Below, piece by piece: positions 12,001 to 25,932 of a stretch of 64,000 nucleotides of DNA. The notes beneath the pieces were generated by a model, which was not told the DNA's origin, searched no databases, and was given only the letters and a program-made list of their open reading frames with translations. The stretch covers positions 3,162,001 to 3,226,000 of the forward strand of contig OZ024744.1 in NCBI GenBank assembly GCA_964016885.1. The letters are read 5' to 3'. The stretch comes from Eledone cirrhosa (Eukaryota). A program made the translations under genes and the position numbers. How positions within the stretch are numbered: the stretch's first letter is position 1; every line of letters starts with the position of its first letter.

Positions 12001-15000
12001 GGGGAAGACAAGGTAGAGAAAGATAGCTTGGTGAAGAACGAAGTTTTGGGGGAAGACAAGGTAGAGAAATATAGCTTGGTGAAGAACGAAGTTTTGTGGG
12101 AAGACAAGGTAGAGAAAGATAGCTTGTTGAAGAACGACGTTTTGAGGGAAGACAAGGTAGAGAAAGATAGCTTGGTGAAGAACGAAGTTTTGGGGGAAGA
12201 CAAGGTAGAGAGTGATAGCTTGGTGAAGAACGAACTTTTGAGGGAAGACAAGGTAGAGAAAGATAGCTTGGTGAAGAACGAAGTTTTGGGGGAAGACAAG
12301 GTAGAGAGAGATAGCTTGGTGAAGAACGAAGTTTTGAGGGAAGTCAAGGTAGAGACAGATAGCTTGGTGAAGAACGACATTTTGAGGGAAGACAAGGTAG
12401 AGAAAGATAGCTTGGTGAAGAACGAAGTTTTGGGGGAAGACAAGGTAGAGAAAGATAGCTTGGTGAAGAACGAAGTTTTGAGGGAAGACAAGGTAGAGAA
12501 AGATAGCTTGGTGAATAACGAAGTTTTGGGGGAAGACAAGGTAGAAAAAGATAGCTTGGTGAAGAACGAAGTTTTGGGGGAAGACAAGGTAGAGAAAGAT
12601 AGCTTGGTGAAGAACGAAGTTTTGAGGGAAGACAAGGTAGAGAAAGATAGCTTGGTGAAGAACGACGTTTTGTGGGAAGACAAGGTAGAGAAACATAGCT
12701 TGGTGACGAACGAAGTTTTGAGGGAAATCAAGGTAGAGACAGATAGCTTGGTGAAGAACGACATTTTGAGGGAAGACAAGGTAGAGAAAGATAGCTTGGT
12801 GAAGAACGACGTTTTGAGGGAAGACAAGGTAGAGAAAGATAGCTTGGTGAAGAACGAACTTTTGAGGGAAGACAAGGTAGAGAAAGATAGCTTGGTGAAG
12901 AACGAAGTTTTGGGGGAAGACAAGGTAGAGAAAGATAGCTTGGTGAAGAACGAAGTTTTGAGGGAAGACAAGGTAGAGAGTGATAGCTTGGTGAAGAACG
13001 AACTTTTGAGGGAAGACAAGGTAGAGAAAGATAGCTTGGTGAAGAACGAAGTTTTGGGGGAAGACAAGGTAGAGAAAGATAGCTTGGTGAAGAACGAAGT
13101 TTTGGGGGAAGACAAGGTAGAGAACGATAGCTTGGTGAAGAACGAAGTTTTGAGGGAAGACAAGGTAGAGAAAGATAGCTTGGTGACGAACGAAGTTTTG
13201 AGGGAAGTCAAGGTAGAGACAGATAGCTTGGTGAAGAACGACATTTTGAGGGAAGACAAGGTAGAGAAAGATAGCTTGGTGAAGAACGACGTTTTGAGGG
13301 AAGACAAGGTAGAGAAAGATAGCTTGGTGAAGAACGAAGTTTTGAGGGAAGACAGGATAGAGAAAGATAGCTTGGTGAATAACGAAGTTTTGGGAGAAGA
13401 CAAGGTAGAGAAAGATAGCTTGGTGAAGAACGACGTTTTGAGGGAAGACAAGGTAGAGAAAGATAGCTTGGTGAAGAACGAAGTTTTGGGGAAGACAATG
13501 TAGAGAAAGATAGCTTGGTGAAGAACGAGGTTTTGAGGGGAAACAAGGTAGAGAAAGATAGCTTGGTGAAGAACGAGGTTTTGAGGGGAAACAATGTAGA
13601 GAAAGATAGCTTGGTGAAGAACGAAGTTTTGGGGGAAGACAAGGTAGAGAAAGATAGCTTGGTGAAGAACGAAGCTTTGAGGGAATACAAGGTAGAGAAA
13701 GATAGCTTGGTGAAGAACGAAGTTTTGAGGGAAGACAATGTAGAGAAAGATAGCTTGGAGAAGAACGAAGTTTTGGGGGAAGACAAGGTAGAGAAAGATA
13801 GCTTGGTGAAGAAGGAAGTTTTGAGGGAAGACAAGGTAGAGAAAGATAGCTTGGTGAAGAACGAAGTTTTGGGGGAAGACAATGTAGAGAAAGATAGCTT
13901 GGTGAAGAACGAAGTTTTGAGGGACGACAAAGTAGAGAAAGATAGCTTGGTGAAGAACGAAGTTTTGGGGGAAGACAAGGTAGAGAACGATAGCTTGATG
14001 AAGAAAGAAGTTTTGGGGGAAGACAAGGTAGAGAAAGATAGCTTGGTGAAGAACGAAGTTTTGTGGGAAGACAAGGTAGAGAAAGATAGCTTGTTGAAGA
14101 ACGACGTTTTGAGGGAAGACAAGGTAGAGAAAGATAGCTTGGTGAAGAACGAAGTTTTGGGGGAAGACAAGGTAGAGAGTGATAGCTTGGTGAAGAACGA
14201 ACTTTTGAGGGAAGACAAGGTAGAGAAAGATAGCTTGGTGAAGAACGAAGTTTTGGGGGAAGACAAGGTAGAGAGAGATAGCTTGGTGAAGAACGAAGTT
14301 TTGAGGGAAGTCAAGGTAGTGACAGATAGCTTGGTGAAGAACGACATTTTGAGGGAAGACAAGGTAGAGAAAGATAGCTTGGTGAAGAACGAAGTTTTGG
14401 GGGAAGACAAGGTAGAGAAAGATAGCTTGGTGAAGAACGAAGTTTTGAGGGAAGACAAGGTAGAGAAAGATAGCTTGGTGAATAACGAAGTTTTGGGGGA
14501 AGACAAGGTAGAAAAAGATAGCTTGGTGAAGAACGAAGTTTTGGGGGAAGACAAGGTAGAGAAAGATAGCTTGGTGAAGAACGAAGTTTTGAGGGAAGAC
14601 AAGGTAGAGAAAGATAGCTTGGTGAAGAACGACGTTTTGTGGGAAGACAAGGTAGAGAAACATAGCTTGGTGACGAACGAAGTTTTGAGGGAAATCAAGG
14701 TAGAGACAGATAGCTTGGTGAAGAACGACATTTTGAGGGAAGACAAGGTAGAGAAAGATAGCTTGGTGAAGAACGACGTTTTGAGGGAAGACAAGGTAGA
14801 GAAAGATAGCTTGGTGAAGAACGAAGTTTTGAGGGAAGACAGGATAGAGAAAGATAGCTTGGTGAATAACGAAGTTTTGGTAGAAGACAAGGTAGAGAAA
14901 GATAGCTTGGTGAAGAACGACGTTTTGAGGGAAGACAAGGTAGAGAAAGATAGCTTGGTGAAGAACGAAGTTTTGGGGAAGACAATGTAGAGAAAGATAG

Positions 15001-18000
15001 CTTGGTGAAGAACGAGGTTTTGAGGGGAAACAAGGTAGAGAAAGATAGCTTGGTGAAGAACGAGGTTTTGAGGGGAAACAAGGTAGAGAAAGATAGCTTG
15101 GTGAAGAACGAAGTTTTGGGGGAAGACAAGGTAGAGAAAGATAGCTTGGTGAAGAACGAAGCTTTGAGGGAATACAAGGTAGAGAAAGATAGCTTGGTGA
15201 AGAACGAAGTTTTGAGGGAAGACAAGGTAGAGAAAGATAGCTTGGTGAAGAACGAAGTTTTGGGGGAAGACAAGGTAGAGAAAGATAGCTTGGTGAAGAA
15301 GGAAGTTTTGAGGGAAGACAAGGTAGAGAAAGATAGCTTGGTGAAGAACGATGTTTTGGGGGAAGACAATGTAGAGAAAGATAGCTTGGTGAAGAACGAA
15401 GTTTTGAGGGACGACAAAGTAGAGAAAGATAGCTTGGTGAAGAACGAAGTTTTGGGGGAAGACAAGGTAGAGAACGATAGCTTGATGAAGAAAGAAGTTT
15501 TGGGGGAAGACAAGGTAGAGAAAGATAGCTTGGTGAAGAACGAAGTTTTGAGGGAATACAAGGTAGAGAAAGATAGCTTGGTGAAGAACGAAGTTTTGGG
15601 GGAAGACAAGGTAGAGAAAGATAGCTTGGTGAAGAACGAAGTTTTGGGGGAAGACAAGGTAGAGAAATATAGCTTGGTGAAGAACGAAGTTTTGTGGGAA
15701 GACAAGGTAGAGAAAGATAGCTTGTTGAAGAACGACGTTTTGAGGGAAGACAAGGTAGAGAAAGATAGCTTGGTGAAGAACGAAGTTTTGGGGGAAGACA
15801 AGGTAGAGAGTGATAGCTTGGTGAAGAACGAACTTTTGAGGGAAGACAAGGTAGAGAAAGATAGCTTGGTGAAGAACGAAGTTTTGGGGGAAGACAAGGT
15901 AGAGAGAGATAGCTTGGTGAAGAACGAAGTTTTGAGGGAAGTCAAGGTAGAGACAGATAGCTTGGTGAAGAACGACATTTTGAGGGAAGACAAGGTAGAG
16001 AAAGATAGCTTGGTGAAGAACGAAGTTTTGGGGGAAGACAAGGTAGAGAAAGATAGCTTGGTGAAGAACGAAGTTTTGAGGGAAGACAAGGTAGAGAAAG
16101 ATAGCTTGGTGAATAACGAAGTTTTGGGGGAAGACAAGGTAGAAAAAGATAGCTTGGTGAAGAACGAAGTTTTGGGGGAAGACAAGGTAGAGAAAGATAG
16201 CTTGGTGAAGAACGAAGTTTTGAGGGAAGACAAGGTAGAGAAAGATAGCTTGGTGAAGAACGACGTTTTGTGGGAAGACAAGGTAGAGAAACATAGCTTG
16301 GTGACGAACGAAGTTTTGAGGGAAATCAAGGTAGAGACAGATAGCTTGGTGAAGAACGACATTTTGAGGGAAGACAAGGTAGAGAAAGATAGCTTGGTGA
16401 AGAACGACGTTTTGAGGGAAGACAAGGTAGAGAAAGATAGCTTGGTGAAGAACGAACTTTTGAGGGAAGACAAGGTAGAGAAAGATAGCTTGGTGAAGAA
16501 CGAAGTTTTGGGGGAAGACAAGGTAGAGAAAGATAGCTTGGTGAAGAACGAAGTTTTGAGGGAAGACAAGGTAGAGAGTGATAGCTTGGTGAAGAACGAA
16601 CTTTTGAGGGAAGACAAGGTAGAGAAAGATAGCTTGGTGAAGAACGAAGTTTTGGGGGAAGACAAGGTAGAGAAAGATAGCTTGGTGAAGAACGAAGTTT
16701 TGGGGGAAGACAAGGTAGAGAACGATAGCTTGGTGAAGAACGAAGTTTTGAGGGAAGACAAGGTAGAGAAAGATAGCTTGGTGACGAACGAAGTTTTGAG
16801 GGAAGTCAAGGTAGAGACAGATAGCTTGGTGAAGAACGACATTTTGAGGGAAGACAAGGTAGAGAAAGATAGCTTGGTGAAGAACGACGTTTTGAGGGAA
16901 GACAAGGTAGAGAAAGATAGCTTGGTGAAGAACGAAGTTTTGAGGGAAGACAGGATAGAGAAAGATAGCTTGGTGAATAACGAAGTTTTGGGAGAAGACA
17001 AGGTAGAGAAAGATAGCTTGGTGAAGAACGAAGTTTTGGGGAAGACAATGTAGAGAAAGATAGCTTGGTGAAGAACGAGGTTTTGAGGGGAAACAAGGTA
17101 GAGAAAGATAGCTTGGTGAAGAACGAGGTTTTGAGGGGAAACAATGTAGAGAAAGATAGCTTGGTGAAGAACGAAGTTTTGGGGGAAGACAAGGTAGAGA
17201 AAGATAGCTTGGTGAAGAACGAAGCTTTGAGGGAATACAAGGTAGAGAAAGATAGCTTGGTGAAGAACGAAGTTTTGAGGGAAGACAATGTAGAGAAAGA
17301 TAGCTTGGAGAAGAACGAAGTTTTGGGGGAAGACAAGGTAGAGAAAGATAGCTTGGTGAAGAAGGAAGTTTTGAGGGAAGACAAGGTAGAGAAAGATAGC
17401 TTGGTGAAGAACGAAGTTTTTGGGGAAGACAATGTAGAGAAAGATAGCTTGGTGAAGAACGAAGTTTTGAGGGACGACAAAGTAGAGAAAGATAGCTTGG
17501 TGAAGAACGAAGTTTTGGGGGAAGACAAGGTAGAGAACGATAGCTTGATGAAGAAAGAAGTTTTGGGGGAAGACAAGGTAGAGAAAGATAGCTTGGTGAA
17601 GAACGAAGTTTTGTGGGAAGACAAGGTAGAGAAAGATAGCTTGTTGAAGAACGACGTTTTGAGGGAAGACAAGGTAGAGAAAGATAGCTTGGTGAAGAAC
17701 GAAGTTTTGGGGGAAGACAAGGTAGAGAGTGATAGCTTGGTGAAGAACGAACTTTTGAGGGAAGACAAGGTAGAGAAAGATAGCTTGGTGAAGAACGAAG
17801 TTTTGGGGGAAGACAAGGTAGAGAGAGATAGCTTGGTGAAGAACGAAGTTTTGAGGGAAGTCAAGGTAGAGACAGATAGCTTGGTGAAGAACGACATTTT
17901 GAGGGAAGACAAGGTAGAGAAAGATAGCTTGGTGAAGAACGAAGTTTTGGGGGAAGACAAGGTAGAGAAAGATAGCTTGGTGAAGAACGAAGTTTTGAGG

Positions 18001-18551
18001 GAAGACAAGGTAGAGAAAGATAGCTTGGTGAATAACGAAGTTTTGGGGGAAGACAAGGTAGAAAAAGATAGCTTGGTGAAGAACGAAGTTTTGGGGGAAG
18101 ACAAGGTAGAGAAAGATAGCTTGGTGAAGAACGAAGTTTTGAGGGAAGACAAGGTAGAGAAAGATAGCTTGGTGAAGAACGACGTTTTGTGGGAAGACAA
18201 GGTAGAGAAACATAGCTTGGTGACGAACGAAGTTTTGAGGGAAATCAAGGTAGAGACAGATAGCTTGGTGAAGAACGACATTTTGAGGGAAGACAAGGTA
18301 GAGAAAGATAGCTTGGTGAAGAACGACGTTTTGAGGGAAGACAAGGTAGAGAAAGATAGCTTGGTGAAGAACGAAGTTTTGAGGGAAGACAGGATAGAGA
18401 AAGATAGCTTGGTGAATAACGAAGTTTTGGTAGAAGACAAGGTAGAGAAAGATAGCTTGGTGAAGAACGACGTTTTGAGGGAAGACAAGGTAGAGAAAGA
18501 TAGCTTGGTGAAGAACGAAGTTTTGGGGAAGACAATGTAGAGAAAGATAGC
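7806..18551 (+). repeat. Three-copy higher-order repeat, unit 3598 bp (75 monomers); third copy 3550 bp
   Basis: Offsets 7806->11404->15002 and 9917->13515 are 3598 (75x48-2). Offset 13515->17065 is 3550, one monomer fewer. The rare variant TTGGTAGAAG recurs near 11281, 14880 and 18430. Confidence 0.93.
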
Positions 18552-21500
18552 TTGGTGAAGAACGAGGTTTTGAGGGGAAACAAGGTAGAGAAAGATAGCT
18601 TGGTGAAGAACGAGGTTTTGAGGGGAAACAAGGTAGAGAAAGATAGCTTGGTGAAGAACGAAGTTTTGGGGGAAGACAAGGTAGAGAAAGATAGCTTGGT
18701 GAAGAACGAAGCTTTGAGGGAATACAAGGTAGAGAAAGATAGCTTGGTGAAGAACGAAGTTTTGAGGGAAGACAAGGTAGAGAAAGATAGCTTGGTGAAG
18801 AACGAAGTTTTGGGGGAAGACAAGGTAGAGAAAGATAGCTTGGTGAAGAAGGAAGTTTTGAGGGAAGACAAGGTAGAGAAAGATAGCTTGGTGAAGAACG
18901 ATGTTTTGGGGGAAGACAATGTAGAGAAAGATAGCTTGGTGAAGAACGAAGTTTTGAGGGACGACAAAGTAGAGAAAGATAGCTTGGTGAAGAACGAAGT
19001 TTTGGGGGAAGACAAGGTAGAGAACGATAGCTTGATGAAGAAAGAAGTTTTGGGGGAAGACAAGGTAGAGAAAGATAGCTTGGTGAAGAACGAAGTTTTG
19101 AGGGAAGACAAGGTAGAGAAAGATAGCTTGGTGAAGAACGAAGTTTTGGGGGAAGACAAGGTAGAGAAAGATAGCTTGGTGAAGAACGAAGTTTTGGGGG
19201 AAGACAAGGTAGAGAAATATAGCTTGGTGAAGAACGAAGTTTTGTGGGAAGACAAGGTAGAGAAAGATAGCTTGTTGAAGAACGACGTTTTGAGGGAAGA
19301 CAAGGTAGAGAAAGATAGCTTGGTGAAGAACGAAGTTTTGGGGGAAGACAAGGTAGAGAGTGATAGCTTGGTGAAGAACGAACTTTTGAGGGAAGACAAG
19401 GTAGAGAAAGATAGCTTGGTGAAGAACGAAGTTTTGGGGGAAGACAAGGTAGAGAAAGATAGCTTGGTGAAGAACGAAGTTTTGAGGGAAGTCAAGGTAG
19501 AGACAGATAGCTTGGTGAAGAACGACATTTTGAGGGAAGACAAGGTAGAGAAAGATAGCTTGGTGAAGAACGACGTTTTGAGGGAAGACAAGGTAGAGAA
19601 AGATAGCTTGGTGAAGAACGAAGTTTTGAGGGAAGACAGGATAGAGAAAGATAGCTTGGTGAATAACGAAGTTTTGGGAGAAGACAAGGTAGAGAAAGAT
19701 AGCTTGGTGAAGAACGACGTTTTGAGGGAAGACAAGGTAGAGAAAGATAGCTTGGTGAAGAACGAAGTTTTGGGGAAGACAATGTAGAGAAAGATAGCTT
19801 GGTGAAGAACGAAGTTTTGGGGGAAGACAAGGTAGAGAAAGATAGCTTGGTGAAGAACGAAGTTTTGAGGGAAGACAAGGTAGAGAAAGATAGCTTGGTG
19901 AATAACGAAGTTTTGGGGGAAGACAAGGTAGAAAAAGATAGCTTGGTGAAGAACGAAGTTTTGGGGGAAGACATGGTAGAGAAAGATAGCTTGGTGAAGA
20001 ACGAAGTTTTGAGGGAAGACAAGGTAGAGAAAGATAGCTTGGTGAAGAACGACGTTTTGTGGGAAGACAAGGTAGAGAAACATAGCTTGGTGAAGAACGA
20101 AGTTTTGGGGGAAGACAAGGTAGAGAAAGATAGCTTGGTGAAGAACGAAGTTTTGAGGGAAGACAAGGTAGAGAAAGATAGCTTGGTGAAGAACGACGTT
20201 TTGAGGGAAGACAAGGTAGAGAAAGATAGCTTGGTGAAGAACGAAGTTTTGAGGGAAGACAGGATAGAGAAAGATAGCTTGGTGAATAACGAAGTTTTGG
20301 GAGAAGACAAGGTAGAGAAAGATAGCTTGGTGAAGAACGACGTTTTGAGGGAAGACAAGGTAGAGAAGGATAGCTTGTGAAGAACGAAGTTTTGAGGGAA
20401 GACAAGGTAGAGAAAGATAGCTTGGTGAAGAACGAGGTTTTGGGGAAGACAATGTAGAGAAAGATAGCTTGGTGAAGAACGAAGTTTTGGGGGAAGACAA
20501 GGTAGAGAAAGATAGCTTGGTGAAGAACGAAGTTTTGAGGAAAGACAAGGTAGAGAAAGATAGCTTGGTGAATAACGAAGTTTTGGGAGAAGACAAGGTA
20601 GAGAAAGATAGTTGGTGAAGAACGAAGTTTTGAAGGAAGACAAGGCAGAGAAATATAGCTTGGTGAAGAACGAAGTTTTGAGGGAAGACAAGGTAGAGAA
20701 AGATAGCTTGGTGAAGAACGACGTTTTGTGTGAAGACAAGGTAGAGAAACATAGCTTGGTGAAGAACGAAGTTTTGGGGGAAGACAAGGTAGAGAAAGAT
20801 AGCTTGGTGAAGAACGAAGTTTTGGGGGAAGACAAGGTAGAGAAAGATAGCTTGGTGAAGAACGACGTTTTGTGGGAAGAAAAGGTAGAGAAAGATAGCT
20901 TGGTGAAGAACGAAGTTTTGGGGGAAGACAAGGTAGAGAAAGATAGCTTGGTGAAGAACGAAGTATTGAGGGAAGACAAGGTAGAGAAAGATAGCTTGGT
21001 GAAGAACGACGTTTTGTGGGAAGAAAAGGTAGAGAAAGATAGCTTGGTGAAGAACGAAGTTTTGGGGGAAGACAAGGTAGAGAAAGATAGCTTGGTGAAG
21101 AACGACGTTTTGAGGGAAGACAAGGTAGAGAAAGATAGCTTGGTGAAGAACGACGTTTTGTGGGAAGACAAGGTAGAGAAACATAGCTTGGTGACGAACG
21201 AAGTTTTGAGGGAAATCAAGGTAGAGACAGATAGCTTGGTGAAGAACGACATTTTGAGGGAAGACAAGGTAGAGAAAGATAGCTTGGTGAAGAACGAAGT
21301 TTTGGGGGAAGACAAGGTAGAGAAAGATAGCTTGGTGAAGAACGAAGTTTTGGGGGAAGACAAGGTAGAGAACGATAGCTTGGTGAAGAACGAAGTTTTG
21401 AGGGAAGACAAGGTAGAGAAAGATAGCTTGGTGACGAACGAAGTTTTGAGGGAAGTCAAGGTAGAGACAGATAGCTTGGTGAAGAACGACATTTTGAGGG

Positions 21501-24500
21501 AAGACAAGGTAGAGAAAGATAGCTTGGTGAAGAACGACGTTTTGAGGGAAGACAAGGTAGAGAAAGATAGCTTGGTGAAGAACGAAGTTTTGAGGGAAGA
21601 CAGGATAGAGAAAGATAGCTTGGTGAATAACGAAGTTTTGGGAGAAGACAAGGTAGAGAAAGATAGCTTGGTGAAGAACGAAGTTTTGGGGAAGACAATG
21701 TAGAGAAAGATAGCTTGGTGAAGAACGAGGTTTTGAGGGGAAACAAGGTAGAGAAAGATAGCTTGGTGAAGAACGAGGTTTTGAGGGGAAACAATGTAGA
21801 GAAAGATAGCTTGGTGAAGAACGAAGTTTTGGGGGAAGACAAGGTAGAGAAAGATAGCTTGGTGAAGAACGAAGCTTTGAGGGAATACAAGGTAGAGAAA
21901 GATAGCTTGGTGAAGAACGAAGTTTTGAGGGAAGACAATGTAGAGAAAGATAGCTTGGAGAAGAACGAAGTTTTGGGGGAAGACAAGGTAGAGAAAGATA
22001 GCTTGGTGAAGAAGGAAGTTTTGAGGGAAGACAAGGTAGAGAAAGATAGCTTGGTGAAGAACGAAGTTTTTGGGGAAGACAATGTAGAGAAAGATAGCTT
22101 GGTGAAGAACGAAGTTTTGAGGGACGACAAAGTAGAGAAAGATAGCTTGGTGAAGAACGAAGTTTTGGGGGAAGACAAGGTAGAGAACGATAGCTTGATG
22201 AAGAAAGAAGTTTTGGGGGAAGACAAGGTAGAGAAAGATAGCTTGGTGAAGAACGAAGTTTTGTGGGAAGACAAGGTAGAGAAAGATAGCTTGTTGAAGA
22301 ACGACGTTTTGAGGGAAGACAAGGTAGAGAAAGATAGCTTGGTGAAGAACGAAGTTTTGGGGGAAGACAAGGTAGAGAGTGATAGCTTGGTGAAGAACGA
22401 ACTTTTGAGGGAAGACAAGGTAGAGAAAGATAGCTTGGTGAAGAACGAAGTTTTGGGGGAAGACAAGGTAGAGAGAGATAGCTTGGTGAAGAACGAAGTT
22501 TTGAGGGAAGTCAAGGTAGAGACAGATAGCTTGGTGAAGAACGACATTTTGAGGGAAGACAAGGTAGAGAAAGATAGCTTGGTGAAGAACGAAGTTTTGG
22601 GGGAAGACAAGGTAGAGAAAGATAGCTTGGTGAAGAACGAAGTTTTGAGGGAAGACAAGGTAGAGAAAGATAGCTTGGTGAATAACGAAGTTTTGGGGGA
22701 AGACAAGGTAGAAAAAGATAGCTTGGTGAAGAACGAAGTTTTGGGGGAAGACAAGGTAGAGAAAGATAGCTTGGTGAAGAACGAAGTTTTGAGGGAAGAC
22801 AAGGTAGAGAAAGATAGCTTGGTGAAGAACGACGTTTTGTGGGAAGACAAGGTAGAGAAACATAGCTTGGTGACGAACGAAGTTTTGAGGGAAATCAAGG
22901 TAGAGACAGATAGCTTGGTGAAGAACGACATTTTGAGGGAAGACAAGGTAGAGAAAGATAGCTTGGTGAAGAACGACGTTTTGAGGGAAGACAAGGTAGA
23001 GAAAGATAGCTTGGTGAAGAACGAAGTTTTGAGGGAAGACAGGATAGAGAAAGATAGCTTGGTGAATAACGAAGTTTTGGTAGAAGACAAGGTAGAGAAA
23101 GATAGCTTGGTGAAGAACGACGTTTTGAGGGAAGACAAGGTAGAGAAAGATAGCTTGGTGAAGAACGAAGTTTTGGGGAAGACAATGTAGAGAAAGATAG
23201 CTTGGTGAAGAACGAGGTTTTGAGGGGAAACAAGGTAGAGAAAGATAGCTTGGTGAAGAACGAGGTTTTGAGGGGAAACAAGGTAGAGAAAGATAGCTTG
23301 GTGAAGAACGAAGTTTTGGGGGAAGACAAGGTAGAGAAAGATAGCTTGGTGAAGAACGAAGCTTTGAGGGAATACAAGGTAGAGAAAGATAGCTTGGTGA
23401 AGAACGAAGTTTTGAGGGAAGACAAGGTAGAGAAAGATAGCTTGGTGAAGAACGAAGTTTTGGGGGAAGACAAGGTAGAGAAAGATAGCTTGGTGAAGAA
23501 GGAAGTTTTGAGGGAAGACAAGGTAGAGAAAGATAGCTTGGTGAAGAACGATGTTTTGGGGGAAGACAATGTAGAGAAAGATAGCTTGGTGAAGAACGAA
23601 GTTTTGAGGGACGACAAAGTAGAGAAAGATAGCTTGGTGAAGAACGAAGTTTTGGGGGAAGACAAGGTAGAGAACGATAGCTTGATGAAGAAAGAAGTTT
23701 TGGGGGAAGACAAGGTAGAGAAAGATAGCTTGGTGAAGAACGAAGTTTTGAGGGAAGACAAGGTAGAGAAAGATAGCTTGGTGAAGAACGAAGTTTTGGG
23801 GGAAGACAAGGTAGAGAAAGATAGCTTGGTGAAGAACGAAGTTTTGGGGGAAGACAAGGTAGAGAAATATAGCTTGGTGAAGAACGAAGTTTTGTGGGAA
23901 GACAAGGTAGAGAAAGATAGCTTGTTGAAGAACGACGTTTTGAGGGAAGACAAGGTAGAGAAAGATAGCTTGGTGAAGAACGAAGTTTTGGGGGAAGACA
24001 AGGTAGAGAGTGATAGCTTGGTGAAGAACGAACTTTTGAGGGAAGACAAGGTAGAGAAAGATAGCTTGGTGAAGAACGAAGTTTTGGGGGAAGACAAGGT
24101 AGAGAAAGATAGCTTGGTGAAGAACGAAGTTTTGAGGGAAGTCAAGGTAGAGACAGATAGCTTGGTGAAGAACGACATTTTGAGGGAAGACAAGGTAGAG
24201 AAAGATAGCTTGGTGAAGAACGACGTTTTGAGGGAAGACAAGGTAGAGAAAGATAGCTTGGTGAAGAACGAAGTTTTGAGGGAAGACAGGATAGAGAAAG
24301 ATAGCTTGGTGAATAACGAAGTTTTGGGAGAAGACAAGGTAGAGAAAGATAGCTTGGTGAAGAACGACGTTTTGAGGGAAGACAAGGTAGAGAAAGATAG
24401 CTTGGTGAAGAACGAAGTTTTGGGGAAGACAATGTAGAGAAAGATAGCTTGGTGAAGAACGAAGTTTTGGGGGAAGACAAGGTAGAGAAAGATAGCTTGG

Positions 24501-25932
24501 TGAAGAACGAAGTTTTGAGGGAAGACAAGGTAGAGAAAGATAGCTTGGTGAATAACGAAGTTTTGGGGGAAGACAAGGTAGAAAAAGATAGCTTGGTGAA
24601 GAACGAAGTTTTGGGGGAAGACATGGTAGAGAAAGATAGCTTGGTGAAGAACGAAGTTTTGAGGGAAGACAAGGTAGAGAAAGATAGCTTGGTGAAGAAC
24701 GACGTTTTGTGGGAAGACAAGGTAGAGAAACATAGCTTGGTGAAGAACGAAGTTTTGGGGGAAGACAAGGTAGAGAAAGATAGCTTGGTGAAGAACGAAG
24801 TTTTGAGGGAAGACAAGGTAGAGAAAGATAGCTTGGTGAAGAACGACGTTTTGAGGGAAGACAAGGTAGAGAAAGATAGCTTGGTGAAGAACGAAGTTTT
24901 GAGGGAAGACAGGATAGAGAAAGATAGCTTGGTGAATAACGAAGTTTTGGGAGAAGACAAGGTAGAGAAAGATAGCTTGGTGAAGAACGACGTTTTGAGG
25001 GAAGACAAGGTAGAGAAGGATAGCTTGTGAAGAACGAAGTTTTGAGGGAAGACAAGGTAGAGAAAGATAGCTTGGTGAAGAACGAGGTTTTGGGGAAGAC
25101 AATGTAGAGAAAGATAGCTTGGTGAAGAACGAAGTTTTGGGGGAAGACAAGGTAGAGAAAGATAGCTTGGTGAAGAACGAAGTTTTGAGGAAAGACAAGG
25201 TAGAGAAAGATAGCTTGGTGAATAACGAAGTTTTGGGAGAAGACAAGGTAGAGAAAGATAGTTGGTGAAGAACGAAGTTTTGAAGGAAGACAAGGCAGAG
25301 AAATATAGCTTGGTGAAGAACGAAGTTTTGAGGGAAGACAAGGTAGAGAAAGATAGCTTGGTGAAGAACGACGTTTTGTGTGAAGACAAGGTAGAGAAAC
25401 ATAGCTTGGTGAAGAACGAAGTTTTGGGGGAAGACAAGGTAGAGAAAGATAGCTTGGTGAAGAACGAAGTTTTGGGGGAAGACAAGGTAGAGAAAGATAG
25501 CTTGGTGAAGAACGACGTTTTGTGGGAAGAAAAGGTAGAGAAAGATAGCTTGGTGAAGAACGAAGTTTTGGGGGAAGACAAGGTAGAGAAAGATAGCTTG
25601 GTGAAGAACGAAGTATTGAGGGAAGACAAGGTAGAGAAAGATAGCTTGGTGAAGAACGACGTTTTGTGGGAAGAAAAGGTAGAGAAAGATAGCTTGGTGA
25701 AGAACGAAGTTTTGGGGGAAGACAAGGTAGAGAAAGATAGCTTGGTGAAGAACGACGTTTTGAGGGAAGACAAGGTAGAGAAAGATAGCTTGGTGAAGAA
25801 CGACGTTTTGTGGGAAGACAAGGTAGAGAAACATAGCTTGGTGACGAACGAAGTTTTGAGGGAAATCAAGGTAGAGACAGATAGCTTGGTGAAGAACGAC
25901 ATTTTGAGGGAAGACAAGGTAGAGAAAGATAG
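16633..25932 (+). repeat. Tandem duplication, unit 4650 bp (97 monomers), near-identical copies
   Basis: Offsets 17065->21715, 18552->23202, 19799->24449 and 20612->25262 are all 4650 (97x48-6). Both copies carry the private variant GTTTTTGGGG (VFG) near 17421 and 22071. Ends are approximate. Confidence 0.93.
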
